Below are positions 62,031-64,000 of a stretch of DNA of 64,000 nt, one piece after another (the first letter of the stretch is position 1; every line of letters starts with the position of its first letter). The stretch comes from Escherichia phage HY126. Location: the sequence record PP658200.1; one strand, given 5' to 3'. Position numbers and translations under genes: made by a program. Below the pieces are notes generated by a model that was not told where the DNA came from, did not search any database, and was given only the letters and a program-made list of their open reading frames with translations.

Positions 62031-64000
62031 ATGGCAAACACTCCTGTAAATTATCAATTAACACGAACAGCGAATGCTATTCCCGAGATTTTTATCGGGG
62101 GCACATTTGCCGAAATAAAACAAAACATTATCGAATGGCTCCATGGACAGAATGAATTTCTTGATTATGATTTTGAAGGTTCACGCTTAAACGTATTGTG
62201 CGACCTTTTAGCATATAACACTCTTTACATCCAACAGTTCAGTAATAGTGCAGTGTATGAAAGTTTTATGCGTACTGCAAACTTGCGTAGTTCTGTTGTA
62301 CAAGCGGCTCAAGATAATGGATATCTGCCTTCATCTAAATCAGCAGCACAAACAGAAATTATGCTCACATGTACGGATGCATTAAATAGAAACTATATCA
62401 CCATTCCACGTGGCACTCGTTTCTTAGCATACGCTAAAGATACTTCTGTTAACCCATATAACTTTGTTTCTACTGAAGATGTCATTGTAGTTAAAGACAA
62501 AAATAACCAATATTTTCCACGTCTTCGATTAGCTCAAGGACGTATTGTTCGCACTGAATTAACATTTGATAAATTAAAACCTATCATTATTCGTGATAAG
62601 AATATTGACCGTAATTTGGTTAAGTTGTATGTTGACGGAGCAGAATGGATTAACTGGACTCGTAAGTCGATGGTTCACGCTGGTTCTACGTCAACAATCT
62701 ATTATATGCGTGAAACAGTTGATGGGAACACCGAATTTTATTTTGGTGAAGGCGAAATCTCTATTAACACGTCAGAAGGTGCGTTAACGTCTAACTATAT
62801 TGGTGGCCTTAAACCTGTTCAGGGTTCTAAAATCGTAATTGAGTATATTTCTACTAATGGCGCAGATGCTAACGGTGCCGTAGGATTTTCTTATGCTGAT
62901 ACATTAGCTAATATCACGGTAATCGATATTAACGAGAACCCTAGCAATAACCCGGACTTTGTTGGGGCTGACGGCGGTGGTGACCCTGAAGATATTGAAC
63001 GTATCCGCGAATTAGGCACAATTAAACGCGAAACTCAACAACGTTGTGTAACCGCTTCCGACTATGACACATTCGTTTCTGAGCGGTTTGGTTCTATTAT
63101 TCAAGCGGTTCAAACATTCACAGATTCATCTAAACCAGGGTATGCATATATTGCTGCTAAGCCTAAATCTGGATTGTATTTGACTTCTGTTCAACGTGAT
63201 GATATCAAAAACTATTTAAATGATTATAACTTAGGGACTATTACACCTGTTGTTATTTCACCTGATTATTTGTTTATCAAAATGAATATCAAAGTTACAT
63301 ACGCGTTGAATAAACTCCAAGAATCAGAACAATATCTTGAAGGGCAAATTATTAATAAAATTGACCGATATTATATTGAAGATGTAGAAATTTTTAACTC
63401 ATCGTTTGCAAAATCTAAAATGCTAACTTATGTCGATGATGCAGATATTTCTATTATTGGTTCTTCAGCTACTATTCAAATGGTTCGCGAAGTACAAAAC
63501 TTCTATAAAACGCCTGAGGCCGGTATTAAATACAATAATCAGATTAAAGATAGATCGATGGAATCTAATATATTCTCGTTTGATTCACACAGACCTAATC
63601 CAGAAAATGCAAACGAAACCATTAAATACGGTGTTCGCATAGTATCTTCTGACCGTAATGACCGTGGCATAGGTCAAGTTATTATTGGTCCATTTGCAGA
63701 CGGTGATGTTGTTGAAAACGAAAATATACAACCTTATACAGGTAATGATTTTAATAAACTTACTGTTACTGACGGACGAAACAAATACTATTCAATTGGT
63801 GAAGTGAATTATCCTGCCGATTCGATTTATTGGAACATTGCTAAAATTGACCTCACTTCAGACCGTTTTGAAGTTCAAACAATTGAACTTTATTCCGACC
63901 CTGCAGATGATATTATTTTTACAAAGGATGGTTCTTTAATCGTATTCGAAAATGACTTACGTCCTCAGTACTTAACTATAGATTTGGAGCCTATTTCACA
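62031..64000 (+). CDS. 6: Baseplate wedge protein, C-terminus cut by window edge
   Basis: ATG at 62031, frame open to window end; MANTPVNYQLTRTANAIPEIF matches T4 gp6. Absent from track because it has no stop. Confidence 0.9.
   Translation, partial: MANTPVNYQLTRTANAIPEIFIGGTFAEIKQNIIEWLHGQNEFLDYDFEGSRLNVLCDLLAYNTLYIQQFSNSAVYESFMRTANLRSSVVQAAQDNGYLPSSKSAAQTEIMLTCTDALNRNYITIPRGTRFLAYAKDTSVNPYNFVSTEDVIVVKDKNNQYFPRLRLAQGRIVRTELTFDKLKPIIIRDKNIDRNLVKLYVDGAEWINWTRKSMVHAGSTSTIYYMRETVDGNTEFYFGEGEISINTSEGALTSNYIGGLKPVQGSKIVIEYISTNGADANGAVGFSYADTLANITVIDINENPSNNPDFVGADGGGDPEDIERIRELGTIKRETQQRCVTASDYDTFVSERFGSIIQAVQTFTDSSKPGYAYIAAKPKSGLYLTSVQRDDIKNYLNDYNLGTITPVVISPDYLFIKMNIKVTYALNKLQESEQYLEGQIINKIDRYYIEDVEIFNSSFAKSKMLTYVDDADISIIGSSATIQMVREVQNFYKTPEAGIKYNNQIKDRSMESNIFSFDSHRPNPENANETIKYGVRIVSSDRNDRGIGQVIIGPFADGDVVENENIQPYTGNDFNKLTVTDGRNKYYSIGEVNYPADSIYWNIAKIDLTSDRFEVQTIELYSDPADDIIFTKDGSLIVFENDLRPQYLTIDLEPIS

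Overview
64-kb segment of a T4-like (Tevenvirinae) myophage genome, closest in gene content and protein sequence to the RB69 lineage (gp43 is 903 aa, MKEFYLTVEQIG...). Genes run on the minus strand from the window start (uvsX, truncated) to gene 4 at ~58.8 kb, then switch to the plus strand at divergent late promoters (53, 5, 5.1, 5.4, 6 truncated). Recognised core genes: uvsX, 42, 43, regA, 62, 44, 45, rpbA, 46, 47, 55, nrdG, nrdD, 49, nrdC, rI, tk, regB, denV, e, nudE, 57B, 57A, 1, 3, 2, 4, 53, 5, 6, plus two tRNAs. No alpha- or beta-glucosyltransferase is present. Instead the uvsX-42 and 42-43 intervals carry a Tmk-like kinase, an unassignable 299-aa protein and a four-gene sugar-nucleotide module (SIS isomerase, HAD phosphatase, fused nucleotidyltransferase-kinase, Cys-rich protein); this is the most likely seat of a non-glucose DNA hypermodification pathway and my best candidate for the novel system. 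Accessory regions (17-22, 25-35, 36-42, 44-55 kb) are packed with small ORFs separated by about 20 copies of a ~40-bp promoter/stem-loop cassette. They hold several paralog families (internal proteins with a capsid-targeting sequence, membrane proteins sharing a C-terminal motif, a triad ending in Cys, a tandem triplet whose first member has ACG in place of ATG), a macro-domain protein, a nucleotidyltransferase-fold protein next to an AAA+ ATPase, and a homing-endonuclease-like gene beside the tRNAs. All calls come from reading the sequence and remembered family signatures; no database search was run. CDS coordinates follow the ORF track (stop included) unless a different start is argued; regulatory-motif coordinates are +/-2 nt.
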